In this document: piece by piece, positions 1 through 10,952 of the stretch
Position numbering within the stretch: position 1 is the stretch's first letter
How the letters are laid out: every line of letters begins with the position of its first letter
Source of the DNA: an uncultured Methanoregulaceae archaeon
Lineage (GTDB): Archaea; Halobacteriota; Methanomicrobia; Methanomicrobiales; Methanospirillaceae
Length of the DNA: 64,000 nt
Assembly (NCBI GenBank): GCA_963701095.1
Contig: OY969564.1
Coordinates: forward strand, 1,504,001 to 1,568,000
Reading direction: 5' to 3'
The notes under the pieces: model-generated
The model's input: only the letters and a program-made list of their open reading frames with translations
Databases searched by the model: none
What the model was told of the DNA's origin: nothing
Program-made: the position numbers and the translations under genes

Positions 1-1
1 G

Positions 2-685
2 CTTGCAATAACAAATGTACTAGGTAGTTCTGCGAGCAGGGTTGCGGATGCAACGCTCTTTATGCGTGCGGGGCCTGAGATTAGTGTCGCAGCCACAAAA
101 TCGTTTATTGCCCAACTGGCGGTCCTGATGCAAATCATTGATGCCCGATGCGACGGACGGTTTGAAAATGTCCTCCAGCGTGCTCATCAGGCAATTGAAG
201 AAGTCCTCCTGATAGATCTTTCACCAGCAGTAGAACTATGCAAGAATGCACAGAATATTTTCTATATCGGACGGGGCCCATTCTATCCGGTCGCCCTGGA
301 AGGCGCTCTCAAGATGAAGGAAATCTCCTATATCCATGCCGAAGGATATGCGGCAGGGGAGTTAAAACATGGGCCTTTTGCACTTTTGTCACCGGATACA
401 CCGGTCATTGCAATGTGCATGCCAGGAGAAACATATGGCGTGATGGTCTCCAATATCAAGGAGATCAAAGCCAGAGGTGCACCAGTCATTGCGTTCGGAA
501 ACGAGGATGACATTGAGTCAGCTGATGTCGTCGATTTATTTATCCCATTGCCACAAGCGCACTCTTTTGTCGATGTCCTCACAAGTATTGTAGCGCTCCA
601 GATACTCGCATACCGGACTGCAGTAGCCCTTGGACGGGACATCGACAAACCAAGAAACCTTGCAAAGAGCGTGACCGTGGAATGA
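2..685 (+). CDS. glmS: Glucosamine-fructose-6-phosphate aminotransferase, C-terminal part (5' truncated by window)
   Basis: SVAATKSF, EGALKMKEISYIHAEGYAAGELKHGP and terminal DKPRNLAKSVTVE; frame open from base 2. Confidence 0.97.
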   Translation, partial: LAITNVLGSSASRVADATLFMRAGPEISVAATKSFIAQLAVLMQIIDARCDGRFENVLQRAHQAIEEVLLIDLSPAVELCKNAQNIFYIGRGPFYPVALEGALKMKEISYIHAEGYAAGELKHGPFALLSPDTPVIAMCMPGETYGVMVSNIKEIKARGAPVIAFGNEDDIESADVVDLFIPLPQAHSFVDVLTSIVALQILAYRTAVALGRDIDKPRNLAKSVTVE

Positions 686-1290
686 TCGAATACGGAATCA
701 ATAAAAAAGGAGCCAGGCTCCAGGTATTTGAACCAGTAACATTAGGGTTTCCCTCCCGGGAATTTATTGGAAAATCGGAATTTTCCGGGACGACAATTGG
801 AAACGATGCTATACTCCGTTCGGGTACCATTATCTATTGCGATGTAACTATCGGGAACCGGTTCCAGGCCGGGCACAATGTGCTCATCCGTGAAAAAACC
901 CGTATCGGGGATCACGTTTCCGTCGGCACAGGGGTTATCATCGAAGGGAACACGATCCTTGGGGATGAAGTTAATCTCCAGAGTATGGTCTACATTCCAA
1001 CCAATACTGTGATAAAGGACCACGTATTCATTGGTCCAAATGCCGTTTTAACCAACGACCGGTACCCCCCATCGGGTATCGGCGGACTTGTTGCTCCCAT
1101 AATAGAAAACCATGCAGCCATTGGGGCAAATTCTACTATTCTTCCCGGTATTCACATTGGCGAAGGGGCCCTTGTTGCAGCTGGTGCAATTGTAACCCGG
1201 GATGTGCCGCCGCATAAACTTGCTGTTGGTGCGCCAGCAAAAATTCGGGATCTACCCTCAGCACTGATAAAAAAGAATTCTGAAAATTAA
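682..1290 (+). CDS. Hexapeptide-repeat (left-handed beta-helix) N-acetyltransferase
   Basis: Repeated [IV]Gxx[VA]x[IV] units, VFIGPNAVLTND and IGEGALVAAGAIVTRDVP; overlaps the glmS stop. Confidence 0.85.
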   Translation: MIEYGINKKGARLQVFEPVTLGFPSREFIGKSEFSGTTIGNDAILRSGTIIYCDVTIGNRFQAGHNVLIREKTRIGDHVSVGTGVIIEGNTILGDEVNLQSMVYIPTNTVIKDHVFIGPNAVLTNDRYPPSGIGGLVAPIIENHAAIGANSTILPGIHIGEGALVAAGAIVTRDVPPHKLAVGAPAKIRDLPSALIKKNSEN

Positions 1291-1345
1291 TATAACCGGG
1301 TGAAACTTATCATTTGCCAGTAAACCCGGAAAATACGTGATTATT

Positions 1346-2488
1346 ATGAAAATTCTCCTTGTGTCCACTCAAGACTATATCCACCATCCTATTCCCTCGC
1401 GACACCATTATATTTTCGAGGAACTCGCTCTTCGTCACGAGGTACATGTGGCCCATTTTCATGTAAGCCGCGGCGAGGCCAGACCAACCCGGCTTATCGT
1501 TGAAGAAGCAACACTATTCCCGACAAAAAACCCTCTCCTCCATTATACCCTCAATGCCCCGTACCACTACTATATTTTCGATAAGATCATCAAGGAAAAC
1601 AAGATCGATGTCGTGGTTGCAGCCCACGTCCTCGCTGGGATGGCCGTTATTTCCGCTGCAAAGCATCATAAAGTACCGGTTGTTTTCGATCTCAAAGACT
1701 GGTTCCCGGATTCAGCCGCAGCTTACTTTAAAAACCGTTATATTGCCCAATGCGTCAGGAACGGGGTTTGGGAGATCACACGGAGAAACCTTTCACGAAG
1801 CGACAGGATAACAACGGTCTCTCCTTCGCTCGTGGCAAAACTCAAAGGACTTGGATTTTCCTCAGATCTTATCACAAATGGCGTCAACACGGAACTTTTT
1901 GTACCACAAGACGGATCACCAACCCGGCATGAGCTGGGGATAAACGATGACGATTTCGTTATCGGTTTTTCAGGGAGTGTCGAACGCTGGTACGCGATTG
2001 ACGAGATGATCCGGGCACTTCCTGAATTGATCCGGTACCGTGAGAGGATATGTCTCCTTGTAATAGGAGGATCCCTTTTTACCGATTATGAGAAAGAACT
2101 CAGGCAGCTTGCTGAATCACTCGGTGTTTCCAAGCACATTATTTTTACGGGAACAAAGCCCTATGCAGAATTGCCCCGGTATATAGCCTGTATGGATATC
2201 GGCACAATACCTCTTTCTCCACCGCAATGGGTGGACATAGCGCTACCCAACAAGTTTTTTGAGTACTCTGCCTGTGGAAAACCGATCCTGATGCGTCCGA
2301 TCCCGGATGTCACTCGTATCGGTGCGCCAAACCTCTTCGTATACAGGACACAGGAAGAATTCATAACACAGGTTAAAAGACTGATGGAAAAACCAGTAAC
2401 TTTCCGTATCGACCTTGAAAACTATAGCTGGAAAGAGAAAGCACGCCAGTTTGAATCCATATTATCGGACCTTTGTGCGAAAAATTAA
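1346..2488 (+). CDS. Glycosyltransferase family 4
   Basis: ITNGVN, PNKFFEYSACGKPI (GT4 acidic motif region) and YSW near the C-terminus. Confidence 0.9.
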   Translation: MKILLVSTQDYIHHPIPSRHHYIFEELALRHEVHVAHFHVSRGEARPTRLIVEEATLFPTKNPLLHYTLNAPYHYYIFDKIIKENKIDVVVAAHVLAGMAVISAAKHHKVPVVFDLKDWFPDSAAAYFKNRYIAQCVRNGVWEITRRNLSRSDRITTVSPSLVAKLKGLGFSSDLITNGVNTELFVPQDGSPTRHELGINDDDFVIGFSGSVERWYAIDEMIRALPELIRYRERICLLVIGGSLFTDYEKELRQLAESLGVSKHIIFTGTKPYAELPRYIACMDIGTIPLSPPQWVDIALPNKFFEYSACGKPILMRPIPDVTRIGAPNLFVYRTQEEFITQVKRLMEKPVTFRIDLENYSWKEKARQFESILSDLCAKN

Positions 2489-2561
2489 TTAAATTTTTAA
2501 TACCTTGACCTAACCGCCCGTGCCATAATATTTCTATACTGAAATAGACTCATTCACTTGT

Positions 2562-2855
2562 ATGCTCGCAGAAGAGATCACCCTTGGCATGAGGGTCAGG
2601 TATCCCCGTACCGGAACTACTGGATCGGTGGTCCGTTTTGAGCAGGTAGCGGGAAACCCGTTTGCTGAACTGGATAGTACCCACCTTCTCTATAGTATTG
2701 ATCTGTTAATCCCCGCTGACCAGGCAAAAAAATCAACGACCTCTCTAAAGGAAGATGCAAAAGAAATCATCCGGCGTGAACGCGAATTTGCAGCAGGAAG
2801 CGAACTGCAGGAAGCCCTCAAAAACATAGACCAGAGCTGCGAAGGTGGGGGTTAA
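2562..2855 (+). CDS. DUF2098-family methanogen protein
   Basis: VRYPRTGTTG and C-terminal CEGGG, recalled as typical of this family. Confidence 0.7.
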   Translation: MLAEEITLGMRVRYPRTGTTGSVVRFEQVAGNPFAELDSTHLLYSIDLLIPADQAKKSTTSLKEDAKEIIRREREFAAGSELQEALKNIDQSCEGGG

Positions 2856-2999
2856 TCCATGACGAACTTGTATCCTTGGAAAAAGGAGATATGAATATTT
2901 TTCCCATACGTAATAAACGAGGGGATCCGGAGAAACCGCCTTTTTCGGGTTATGTATAAGTATGCCTATTAGATATAGGATAAGGAGGTTCGATTTCGT

Positions 3000-4235
3000 T
3001 TGCATGATGTGACAATCCCCAGTGTGAATATAGGGGTGGTGGGCCATGTGGACCACGGGAAAACCACGCTCGTCAATGCGCTAACCGGGACCTGGACGGA
3101 CCGGCATAGTGAAGAAGTCAGGCGCGGCATTTCTATCCGACTGGGTTATGCCGATGCAACATTCTATAAATGCGGGCACTGCGAGGGCCCTGACGCCTAT
3201 TCAACAACGCCAATATGCCCGGTCTGCGGCGGAGAGGGGACTCCTTTTCGGTCTGTTTCCTTTGTAGATGCACCCGGGCATGAAACCCTGATGGCGACGA
3301 TGTTGTCGGGCTCGGCGCTGATGGACGGAGCGATGCTGGTTATTACTACTACGGAAAAATGCCCCCAGCCCCAGACAAAAGAGCACCTCATGGCTTTGGG
3401 ACTTGTCGGTATCAAAAAGATCGTAATTGTCCAAAACAAGATCGATGTCGTCTCCCAGAAAGAGGCAGTTGACAATTACAACCAGATCAAGGCATTTGTT
3501 AAAGGAACCGTTGCCGAGAACGCTCCCATCATTCCTGTTTCAGCCCAGAAAGGGATCAATATGGGCGCGTTAGTACAGGCTTTGGACCTGACAATTCCCG
3601 AACCTGTCCGCGACCCAACAGCAGAACCTGTCATGCTGGTTGCACGATCCTTCGATATCAACAAACCCGGCTGCAACTGGAAGGAAGTAAAGGGAGGAGT
3701 CGTTGGAGGGTCTCTTATCCGGGGCATCCTCCACGACGGCGACCCAATTGAAATCCGGCCAGGCCGACAGACACAGATCGAAAACAGGATCAAATGGATC
3801 CCTATCATTACGGAGATCACCTCGATTAATGCTGGTACAAAAACGGTAAAAGAGGCGACCCCGGGGGGTCTCCTCGGTGTGGGAACCAAACTTGACCCGG
3901 CACTTACGAAAAGTGATGCGCTTGCGGGCCAGGTAGTAGGTCATGTCGGCAAACTGCCACCCGTATGGGACAAAATCAAATGTCAGGTGACCCTGATGGA
4001 AAGGGTTGTCGGTTCAACAAGTGAACTGATCATCGAACCCCTGAAATACAACGAACCCCTTATGCTTTCCGTCGGCACTGCAGTCACCGTAGGGGTGGTT
4101 ACGAGTACCAAGAAAGAAGCGGTTGAAGTGCAGCTGAAGCGTCCGGTCTGTGCAGAGCAGGGAGCCAGGATCGCTATCAGCCGGCAGGTGGGAGCACGCT
4201 GGCGGTTAATCGGGATGGGAATCCTCAGCGAGTGA
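3000..4235 (+). CDS. eif2g: Translation initiation factor 2 subunit gamma
   Basis: [20 protein letters not shown], Zn-knuckle and WRLIG; GGAGG upstream of the TTG start. Confidence 0.98.
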   Translation: MHDVTIPSVNIGVVGHVDHGKTTLVNALTGTWTDRHSEEVRRGISIRLGYADATFYKCGHCEGPDAYSTTPICPVCGGEGTPFRSVSFVDAPGHETLMATMLSGSALMDGAMLVITTTEKCPQPQTKEHLMALGLVGIKKIVIVQNKIDVVSQKEAVDNYNQIKAFVKGTVAENAPIIPVSAQKGINMGALVQALDLTIPEPVRDPTAEPVMLVARSFDINKPGCNWKEVKGGVVGGSLIRGILHDGDPIEIRPGRQTQIENRIKWIPIITEITSINAGTKTVKEATPGGLLGVGTKLDPALTKSDALAGQVVGHVGKLPPVWDKIKCQVTLMERVVGSTSELIIEPLKYNEPLMLSVGTAVTVGVVTSTKKEAVEVQLKRPVCAEQGARIAISRQVGARWRLIGMGILSE

Positions 4236-4612
4236 AAGTCCTTCTGGACGCCAATGCACTCATGATGCCCGCGCAGTTCAGGATTGATCTCTTCAGTGAG
4301 ATCCGCGAATTGCTCGGAAGTTTTGAGCCGGTGGTCCTTCCGGGCGTGATGCAGGAACTGGTCGGACTGTCGAGGGCAAAAGGAAGTGAGGGCGCCGCTG
4401 CGCGGCTTGGCCTCGCGCTTGCCGGCCAATGCACGGTTGCAGAAGGCACCAGCAATCCCATACCGGTCGACGAACAGGTTATCTCCTGGGCAATGACCAA
4501 TGGCGGCATGGTGGTTACCAACGATCGCCGGGTCAGAGACGAACTGCTATCAAAAGGAATAGGGGTAATATCCATGAGAAAACAGAAAAAACTCGAGATA
4601 TTGCGAAGGTAG
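4232..4612 (+). CDS. PIN-domain (Fcf1-like) protein
   Basis: VLLDANALM and VVTNDR acidic motifs; conserved position after eIF2gamma. Confidence 0.9.
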   Translation: MKVLLDANALMMPAQFRIDLFSEIRELLGSFEPVVLPGVMQELVGLSRAKGSEGAAARLGLALAGQCTVAEGTSNPIPVDEQVISWAMTNGGMVVTNDRRVRDELLSKGIGVISMRKQKKLEILRR

Positions 4613-4619
4613 GCGGGTT

Positions 4620-5261
4620 ATGTATTACAAGATGACACTGGAAGACAAAGTCAGGGTGCCCCCCAACCGGCTGGGCGAAAAACTTGACAAGGTCATACTG
4701 GAAGTTCTTCAGGAACAGCTAGAGGGAAGCATCGACAAAGAACTGGGGGTCTTTATTGCCGTGACCAAGGTTGATCATGTCGGTGAAGGCGAGATTGTTC
4801 CGGGTGATGGTGGCGTATATTACGACGTGAAATTCGAAGGACTTGTCCTGAGGCTTGCCCTCCAGGAAGTCATAGAAGGTCTCGTAGTGGAAACAACAAG
4901 TTTCGGGGCATTTATAAGCCTTGGACCGATTGATGCCATGCTGCACGTAAGCCAGATCTCAGACGAATATATCAATTTCGATGAAAAAAATGCCCGACTT
5001 ATCTGCCAGGAGTCCAAACGATTTATTGGTGTTGGCGATACTGTAAGAGTCAGGGTAGTAACACTTTCGTTGAACGAGCGGGAACCACGAGATAGTAAGA
5101 TCGGCCTTACCATGCGACAGGCAGGACTTGGTACTTCGCTCTGGCTCGAAGAAGAGATTGAGAAAGAGAAAGAGAGGGCGGCTGCAGGGACAACGGGAAC
5201 CCCAAAAGAAAAACCGGAAAAGTCCAAGGGTAAGAGGAAAGAGCATGCCGCCAATGAATAA
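4620..5261 (+). CDS. rpoE1: DNA-directed RNA polymerase subunit E' (Rpo7)
   Basis: VRVPP, GDGGVYY, S1 domain FGAFISLGPIDAMLHVSQI and KIGLTMRQAGLG. Confidence 0.97.
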   Translation: MYYKMTLEDKVRVPPNRLGEKLDKVILEVLQEQLEGSIDKELGVFIAVTKVDHVGEGEIVPGDGGVYYDVKFEGLVLRLALQEVIEGLVVETTSFGAFISLGPIDAMLHVSQISDEYINFDEKNARLICQESKRFIGVGDTVRVRVVTLSLNEREPRDSKIGLTMRQAGLGTSLWLEEEIEKEKERAAAGTTGTPKEKPEKSKGKRKEHAANE

Positions 5262-5451
5262 AAAAAAGCAGGGAAAAGTCTGCCGGGACTGTCATCGTGT
5301 CGTAGATGGTGAAAACTGCGTAATTTGCGGAACGACCAATTTAAGTGACGACTGGTCAGGGTATCTTGTCATTATTGACCCGGAGAATTCTGATGTGGCA
5401 AAACGGATGAACATCAAACTGCCCGGGCGCTACGCGCTGAAGGTCAGGTGA
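5245..5451 (+). CDS. spt4: Transcription elongation factor Spt4 (RpoE'')
   Basis: CRDC..CVIC Zn ribbon, WSGYLVIIDPENS and PGRYALKVR. Confidence 0.95.
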   Translation: MPPMNKKKQGKVCRDCHRVVDGENCVICGTTNLSDDWSGYLVIIDPENSDVAKRMNIKLPGRYALKVR

Positions 5452-5943
5452 ATGTTTACCCTCCCGAAAGAGTCACGTAAACTCTTCAAGGAACCCTTCG
5501 GGATCCTCCACCGGAACATTGATACGATTCTCCCGGAGATTTCCGGATTAGCCGTTTATTCAGTGGGCGATGTAGTCACCCATACACTGCAGAAAAAAGG
5601 CATTACACCCTCGGTCGCTGTAGTCGACGGCCAGACCATGCGTTCTCCTTGTGTTAGAATGCCGGAGATCTCGGGTAAATGCATTCATGTAAAAAATCCC
5701 CCCGGGACTATAACAGATGAGCTGGTCAATGCACTTACCTTCGCGGTCGAGAATCCTCCGGTCACCATCATGGTGGAAGGAGAGGAAGACCTTGCGGTCA
5801 TCCCTCTCGTAATCGTTGCTCCTTTATCGTCCGTTGTACTCTACGGCCAGCCGAATGAAGGTATAGTGATTAGAAAAATTGATGAAACTGCAAAAACCGC
5901 AGCAAAAGAACTTCTCGGGCAGTTCACTATTATCAATAATTAA
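5452..5943 (+). CDS. GTP-dependent dephospho-CoA kinase (DUF359)
   Basis: VGDVVT, VDGQTMR, NPPGTIT, GEEDLA and YGQP motifs. Confidence 0.92.
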   Translation: MFTLPKESRKLFKEPFGILHRNIDTILPEISGLAVYSVGDVVTHTLQKKGITPSVAVVDGQTMRSPCVRMPEISGKCIHVKNPPGTITDELVNALTFAVENPPVTIMVEGEEDLAVIPLVIVAPLSSVVLYGQPNEGIVIRKIDETAKTAAKELLGQFTIINN

Positions 5944-6050
5944 TTAAAAATTCAGAAAATATTCTCTTTTGATCTATAAAATCATTCCACGGTTTCCTGA
6001 AGATAGGTCATGTTTTAAATAACACGATTTCCAATAATTACAGGATATCG

Positions 6051-6350
6051 ATGGACTTTAAAATCGAGAGCGATAAAAGAAATGAACTTTTATCACGGAG
6101 AGAAATTCAGTTTACTCTTACATACGATGGAGCTACACCTTCCCGTATGCAGGTTACCGGTAAACTCTGCGCCCTGCTTAATGCAAAAGAACCGCAGGTC
6201 GTCCTTGACAGCCTGAAAAGCAATTTCGGTAAGACGATGATCAACGGCAAAGCGCGCGTGTATGATACTGAAGAGGCCAAGAAGAAAACCGAACACCCAT
6301 TCCTTTCTGCACGAGGTTTGCCAAAACCCAAAGAAGAAGGAGCGGCCTAA
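6051..6350 (+). CDS. rps24e: 30S ribosomal protein S24e
   Basis: [14 protein letters not shown] and GKARVY; synteny. Confidence 0.95.
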   Translation: MDFKIESDKRNELLSRREIQFTLTYDGATPSRMQVTGKLCALLNAKEPQVVLDSLKSNFGKTMINGKARVYDTEEAKKKTEHPFLSARGLPKPKEEGAA

Positions 6351-6352
6351 CC

Positions 6353-6535
6353 ATGGCTGCAGCAAAGAAAGCCGCGGCAAAAGGTCCGAAACGCAGTGCA
6401 TTTTTCAAAGTTGAAGGCAACAATGTCACCACCACTAAAAAATATTGTCCCCGCTGTGGTCCTGGCGTTGTGATGGCTGATCATAAGGATCGGATTGCCT
6501 GTGGAAAGTGCGGATACACCGAATTCAAGAAATAA
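6353..6535 (+). CDS. rps27ae: 30S ribosomal protein S27ae
   Basis: [26 protein letters not shown]. Confidence 0.96.
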   Translation: MAAAKKAAAKGPKRSAFFKVEGNNVTTTKKYCPRCGPGVVMADHKDRIACGKCGYTEFKK

Positions 6536-6541
6536 GCGCTG

Positions 6542-8125
6542 ATGCCTGAATTTGGGCAGATACTGGGCATTGAGGGAACAGCATGGAACCTCAGTGCTGC
6601 TCTTTTTGATCGTGATCTTCTTGCCCTTTGTTCCCGTCCCTATCTACCAGAACAGGGAGGAATCCACCCGCGCGAGGCTGCACAGCACCATGCGTCAGCA
6701 ATGAAGGAGGTAATCGGCTCTATTCTTAAACAGCCGGATAAAGTAACAGGGATTGCGTTTTCACAAGGACCGGGACTCGGACCCTGCCTGAGAACAGTAG
6801 CGACGGCTGCACGATCACTTGCTCTTGCGCTTAATGTCCCTCTTATTGGCGTCAACCATTGTGTTGCCCATGTTGAGATCGGGAGCTGGGCAACGGGTTG
6901 TCGGGATCCGATTGTGCTGTATGCAAGCGGGGCAAACACTCAGGTCATTGGATATTTAAACGGACGATACCGCATCTTTGGTGAAACTCTCGACATTGGC
7001 ATAGGAAACGCCCTTGATAAGTTTGCACGCGCAAAAAATCTCCCTCATCCCGGGGGGCCACTCATTGAAGCCCAAGCAAAATCCGGAAAATACTTCGAAC
7101 TTCCTTACACGGTAAAAGGCATGGATCTTGCATTTTCCGGACTTGTCTCTGCAGCAAAAGATTCGAAAAAACCACTTGCCGACGTATGCGCCAGCCTTCA
7201 GGAAACTGCGTTTGCAATGTGTGTAGAGGTAACAGAAAGGGCGCTCTCGCTCACCGGAAAATGCGAGGTGCTTCTCGTGGGCGGCGTTGGAGCAAATGCG
7301 CGTCTCCAGGAAATGCTGAAAACCATGTGCGAAGAACGGGATGCACAGTTTTTCGTCCCCGAACGAAAATATCTCGGAGATAATGGCGCTATGATCGCAT
7401 ATACAGGAAAATTAATGCTCGAAAGTGGCCAGTCGTCAGCCATAGAAAAGTCACAGGTCAACCCTTCATTCCGTTCAGATGAGGTTGAGGTAACCTGGAA
7501 GCATGAAGTAGTATGTGACGCGGATCCCGGAAAAATAAGCAGTGACGGCCAGAAACGTGGTGCTGAAGCTGTCGTCAGTTTCAGAAATGGTCGCGCAATC
7601 AAGCAACGTCTTACGAAGCAATACCGGGCCCCCTCTCTTGATAGAAAACTGATCATGGAAAGAACACGAGCAGAGGCACGCCTTATCCACGCGGCCCGGA
7701 AGGGCGGCGTTCCTACTCCAATCATGATCGATATAACCCACGACTCAATTGTTATGGAAGAAATTACCGGTACCATTCTCACCTGCGCCCTCACTGAGGC
7801 TCATTGCGAAGAGGCAGGACGGATGGTCGGACGGCTACATAAGGCCTGCATTATGCATGGGGATCTGACTACCAGCAACATGATCCTGAGTGACAGAGAC
7901 GGCAGATGTGTGCTTATCGACTTTGGTCTTGCACAGGCAACTTCAGAAATCGAGCAACGAGGCGTCGATATTCATGTCCTTTTCCAGACTCTTGAAAGTA
8001 CAAATCCTCAAAAAGCCAGTGTTTTCAAATCTGCATTTATCCAGGGATATACGCAAACGTTTAATCAGGCAGCTGATGTCCTTACCCGAGAGCATGAGAT
8101 CGAACTCAGGGGTAGGTACTTGTGA
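6542..8125 (+). CDS. kae1: Bifunctional Kae1 (t6A synthase)-Bud32 kinase fusion, KEOPS
   Basis: LGIEGTA, HCVAHVE and DNGAMIA followed by GAEA, HGDLTTSN and IDFGL kinase motifs. Confidence 0.96.
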   Translation: MPEFGQILGIEGTAWNLSAALFDRDLLALCSRPYLPEQGGIHPREAAQHHASAMKEVIGSILKQPDKVTGIAFSQGPGLGPCLRTVATAARSLALALNVPLIGVNHCVAHVEIGSWATGCRDPIVLYASGANTQVIGYLNGRYRIFGETLDIGIGNALDKFARAKNLPHPGGPLIEAQAKSGKYFELPYTVKGMDLAFSGLVSAAKDSKKPLADVCASLQETAFAMCVEVTERALSLTGKCEVLLVGGVGANARLQEMLKTMCEERDAQFFVPERKYLGDNGAMIAYTGKLMLESGQSSAIEKSQVNPSFRSDEVEVTWKHEVVCDADPGKISSDGQKRGAEAVVSFRNGRAIKQRLTKQYRAPSLDRKLIMERTRAEARLIHAARKGGVPTPIMIDITHDSIVMEEITGTILTCALTEAHCEEAGRMVGRLHKACIMHGDLTTSNMILSDRDGRCVLIDFGLAQATSEIEQRGVDIHVLFQTLESTNPQKASVFKSAFIQGYTQTFNQAADVLTREHEIELRGRYL

Positions 8126-8700
8126 GCCGGTCCCTGACTATGGTCACCAGTAATGCCCATAAAGCGCAAGAAGTGGCAGCATTTTTTGGCCAGTCTATCA
8201 AATTCCACCATATTGCGCTCGATATTCCGGAACTGCGTTCAGATGATATAGAAGAGATAGCCCGCGAGAAAGCCAGGTACGCTTATAATCATCTCCACCG
8301 GCCGCTTATTGTCGACGACACTTCCTTTTCCATCGACGCACTCAACGGGTTTCCAGGACCTTACGCGGCCTATGTGCTAAAAACAATTGGTAACAAGGGT
8401 ATCCTGAAGATTATGGAAGGCTTCCCTGATCGAAAAGCTCACTTTACTACGGCTATAGCTTTTGCCGATGATAAAGGAATTTTCGTGTTTTCGGGTATGA
8501 TTGAAGGCAATGTTATTACTGAGCCGCGGGGGAGGGAAGGGTTTGGTTACGATCCGGTTTTTGAGGTACGAGGGAAGACTCTTGCTGAAATCCCTCTCGA
8601 AGAGAAAAGCGCCATCTCTCACCGGGCACGAGCACTTATGACATTTCGTGATTGGTTCATGAAGAATAGAAATGATAGTGAAACCGATACAAACCGTTAA
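8122..8700 (+). CDS. rdgB: Non-canonical purine NTP pyrophosphatase (RdgB/HAM1)
   Basis: TSNAHK, DDTS, GFPGPY, GFGYDPVF and SHR. Confidence 0.95.
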   Translation: MSRSLTMVTSNAHKAQEVAAFFGQSIKFHHIALDIPELRSDDIEEIAREKARYAYNHLHRPLIVDDTSFSIDALNGFPGPYAAYVLKTIGNKGILKIMEGFPDRKAHFTTAIAFADDKGIFVFSGMIEGNVITEPRGREGFGYDPVFEVRGKTLAEIPLEEKSAISHRARALMTFRDWFMKNRNDSETDTNR

Positions 8701-8745
8701 AAGATCAAAGAACATTGTTATAAGGGCAGACAGGAGTATATTTCC

Positions 8746-8892
8746 ATGGCAAAATTCCCTGAAGCCGAAGCTCGTTTACTCAACGTGAAAATATGTATGC
8801 ATTGCAATGCACGCAATGCAATTCGTGCAACGACATGCCGCAAATGCGGGTACAAAAACCTGCGGCCGAAAAACAAGGAGCGGAAAGCATAA
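8746..8892 (+). CDS. rpl40e: 50S ribosomal protein L40e (48 aa, not in the ORF track)
   Basis: Translated by hand: [48 protein letters not shown]. Confidence 0.96.
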   Translation: MAKFPEAEARLLNVKICMHCNARNAIRATTCRKCGYKNLRPKNKERKA

Positions 8893-8946
8893 TTGATTTT
8901 CATTGAAAATACAATCGTTCTTTTTTCACTACTTGTGTAAAAAAAT

Positions 8947-9597
8947 TTATGCTGAATAGTATGTGACCCGTTTGCCTTTCTGAGCATATTCTCCGGCAAA
9001 TGTCTCGAGATTACGTTTATACCCGATACGGTCAACGAATCCGAGATGGCGCAAATTCTCACGCACACGCATCACATCCGGTTCGTCAGCCCAGTCTTTT
9101 GTATAAATATAAATGACGCGACGACTATCCCGGGAATCCGGGTTGGGTTTAGCTGTACTAACTTTTGCAGAAATACCAAGCTCATGAGTTATTGTTGCGT
9201 CCCGCACTTTTTTCCATGAATCATCTGCCTCATCGGGATCCTGGAAGATCAACCATTTGCCAGCATGTTCATCCTCAATCGCCTCGGGAGCGCTCCCAGG
9301 TGCATCCTGCACGATCCAATACATCTGTGTCGTTTTGGAAGGGACTACACCTTCGCCTTCACAAAGCATCCGGTAGATTGTTTCGACCGGACCAAAACGG
9401 TCAAGGAGCGCCTTTGCGAGTTGAGGGTACTCCTCGGTAAACTGTCCGACTGTCTCGTTAAGGTCTTTTGTGAAGTCAACGCCTCCCTCAACTAATGCAT
9501 AAAGATACTTTCCCTGAGTCTGAAGTCTCCGGGTGAGAAGGTGATCGAAAATGCCGTATGCCACATCAGCCAGAGCCTCGGAATCGACTTCATCCAT
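8947..9597 (-). CDS. DUF1917-family protein with N-terminal helical extension
   Basis: GKWLIF, SAKVSTA, VIYIYTKDW..DVMRV and IGYK motifs. Confidence 0.75.
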   Translation of the reverse strand: MDEVDSEALADVAYGIFDHLLTRRLQTQGKYLYALVEGGVDFTKDLNETVGQFTEEYPQLAKALLDRFGPVETIYRMLCEGEGVVPSKTTQMYWIVQDAPGSAPEAIEDEHAGKWLIFQDPDEADDSWKKVRDATITHELGISAKVSTAKPNPDSRDSRRVIYIYTKDWADEPDVMRVRENLRHLGFVDRIGYKRNLETFAGEYAQKGKRVTYYSA

Positions 9598-9777
9598 GTT
9601 GTACCCATCCGGTGTTATGTCGAAAAATAGTTTCTGCTTTTGTTCGAAGATTACCCGACAATTTCTTCATTTTTCCACATTATGACTGTCGAACTCCGAT
9701 CCTTGATTGCGTTTAAAGTCCTCCTGGTATCGCAATTTCAGAATCATTTATGCGGCAGCAACAGAAATGTACTGATT

Positions 9778-10669
9778 ATGGAATGGAAAAGGGATTGGAA
9801 TCTAACTACTAGAGTGTTACTGACAGGTTTTTTACTGTTCATCCTCTACCTCGTTTTTATGACGATTCTGGTAATATTCTTACCCGGGATCAGTATTTGG
9901 TTTATAATCGGTTTAGCAGTTGCAATGGCAGGCATCCAATATTTCTTTTCGGATAAACTGGTGCTCTGGAGTACGCATGCACGAATTGTAGCAAAAGATG
10001 AATATCCTGAACTTTATGCATCGGTTGAAAAATTGTCCCATGAAGCCGATCTGCCCATGCCAAAGGTTGCCATCATGCAGAGCCCGGTACCCAATGCATT
10101 TGCTACGGGTCGGAGCCCGAGGCATGCTGTAGTTGCCTGTACTGATTCTATTTTGCGTCTCCTGAATAAAGATGAACTTGAAGCGGTGCTCGCCCACGAA
10201 CTCTCTCATGTGAAAAACCGGGACATTCTCACGATGACTATGGCAAGTTTTGTTGCTATGATCGCATCGATGATTATGCAGAGTTTCTTTTTTACGGCTC
10301 TCTTTGGGGGTAATAATCGCGACAATGGCGCCGGGTGGATCCTCGTCTGGATTGCCTCGATCGTTGTTTATGCCATTAGTACCCTGCTCATGCTGGCACT
10401 CTCCCGGTACCGGGAATTTGCCGCAGACCGGGGAAGCGCACTCATGACACGAAATCCACAGGCGCTCATTTCAGCTTTAGGCAAAATTAGCGGTAGAATG
10501 GAAGTAGTCCCTCCCGAAGCGAAAGCGAAAATTGAAGGTGCCAATGCATTCTTTATCATTCCGGCGCTTTCTGGTAATACCCTCATGGAGTCTCTTCTCC
10601 ACTCACCCGCCCATAGAGAAAAGAATCGCAGCCCTTGAAAGGATCAGTGCAGAGATCCAGGAATATTGA
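9778..10669 (+). CDS. htpX: Zinc metalloprotease HtpX (one extra base at ~10591)
   Basis: PNAFATG, AHELSH and REFAADRG; removing T10591 restores LFSTHPPIEKRI to TGA at 10667-10669. Confidence 0.93.
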
Positions 10670-10804
10670 TTCTGTCCATTTCATAGTCGCAGGATTTAAC
10701 TTTTTATAAACCCTACAATAAAACAGTAATAAAAGATGTTTGAATTTTTTTATGCGGGAGAAGCAAGCATTAATACACACCCCGCCAAAATTGTAGAGCG
10801 CAGT

Positions 10805-10875
10805 GCATCGATGGTCTAGAGGTATGACTTAGGCCTTCCAAGCCTATAGCCCGGGTTCGATTCCCGGTCGATGCA
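10805..10875 (+). tRNA. tRNA-Gly(TCC)
   Basis: Acceptor GCATCGA/TCGATGC; anticodon arm TAGGC-CTTCCAA-GCCTA; T-arm CCGGG-TTCGATT-CCCGG. Confidence 0.96.
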
Positions 10876-10878
10876 TGA

Positions 10879-10952
10879 GGGCTCGTGGTCTAGTTGGCTA
10901 TGACGTCGCCTTCACACGGCGAAGATCTCGTGTTCGAATCACGACGGGCCCA
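10879..10952 (+). tRNA. tRNA-Val(CAC)
   Basis: Acceptor GGGCTCG/CGGGCCC; anticodon arm TCGCC-TTCACAC-GGCGA; T-loop TTCGAAT; followed by a T-tract. Confidence 0.96.
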
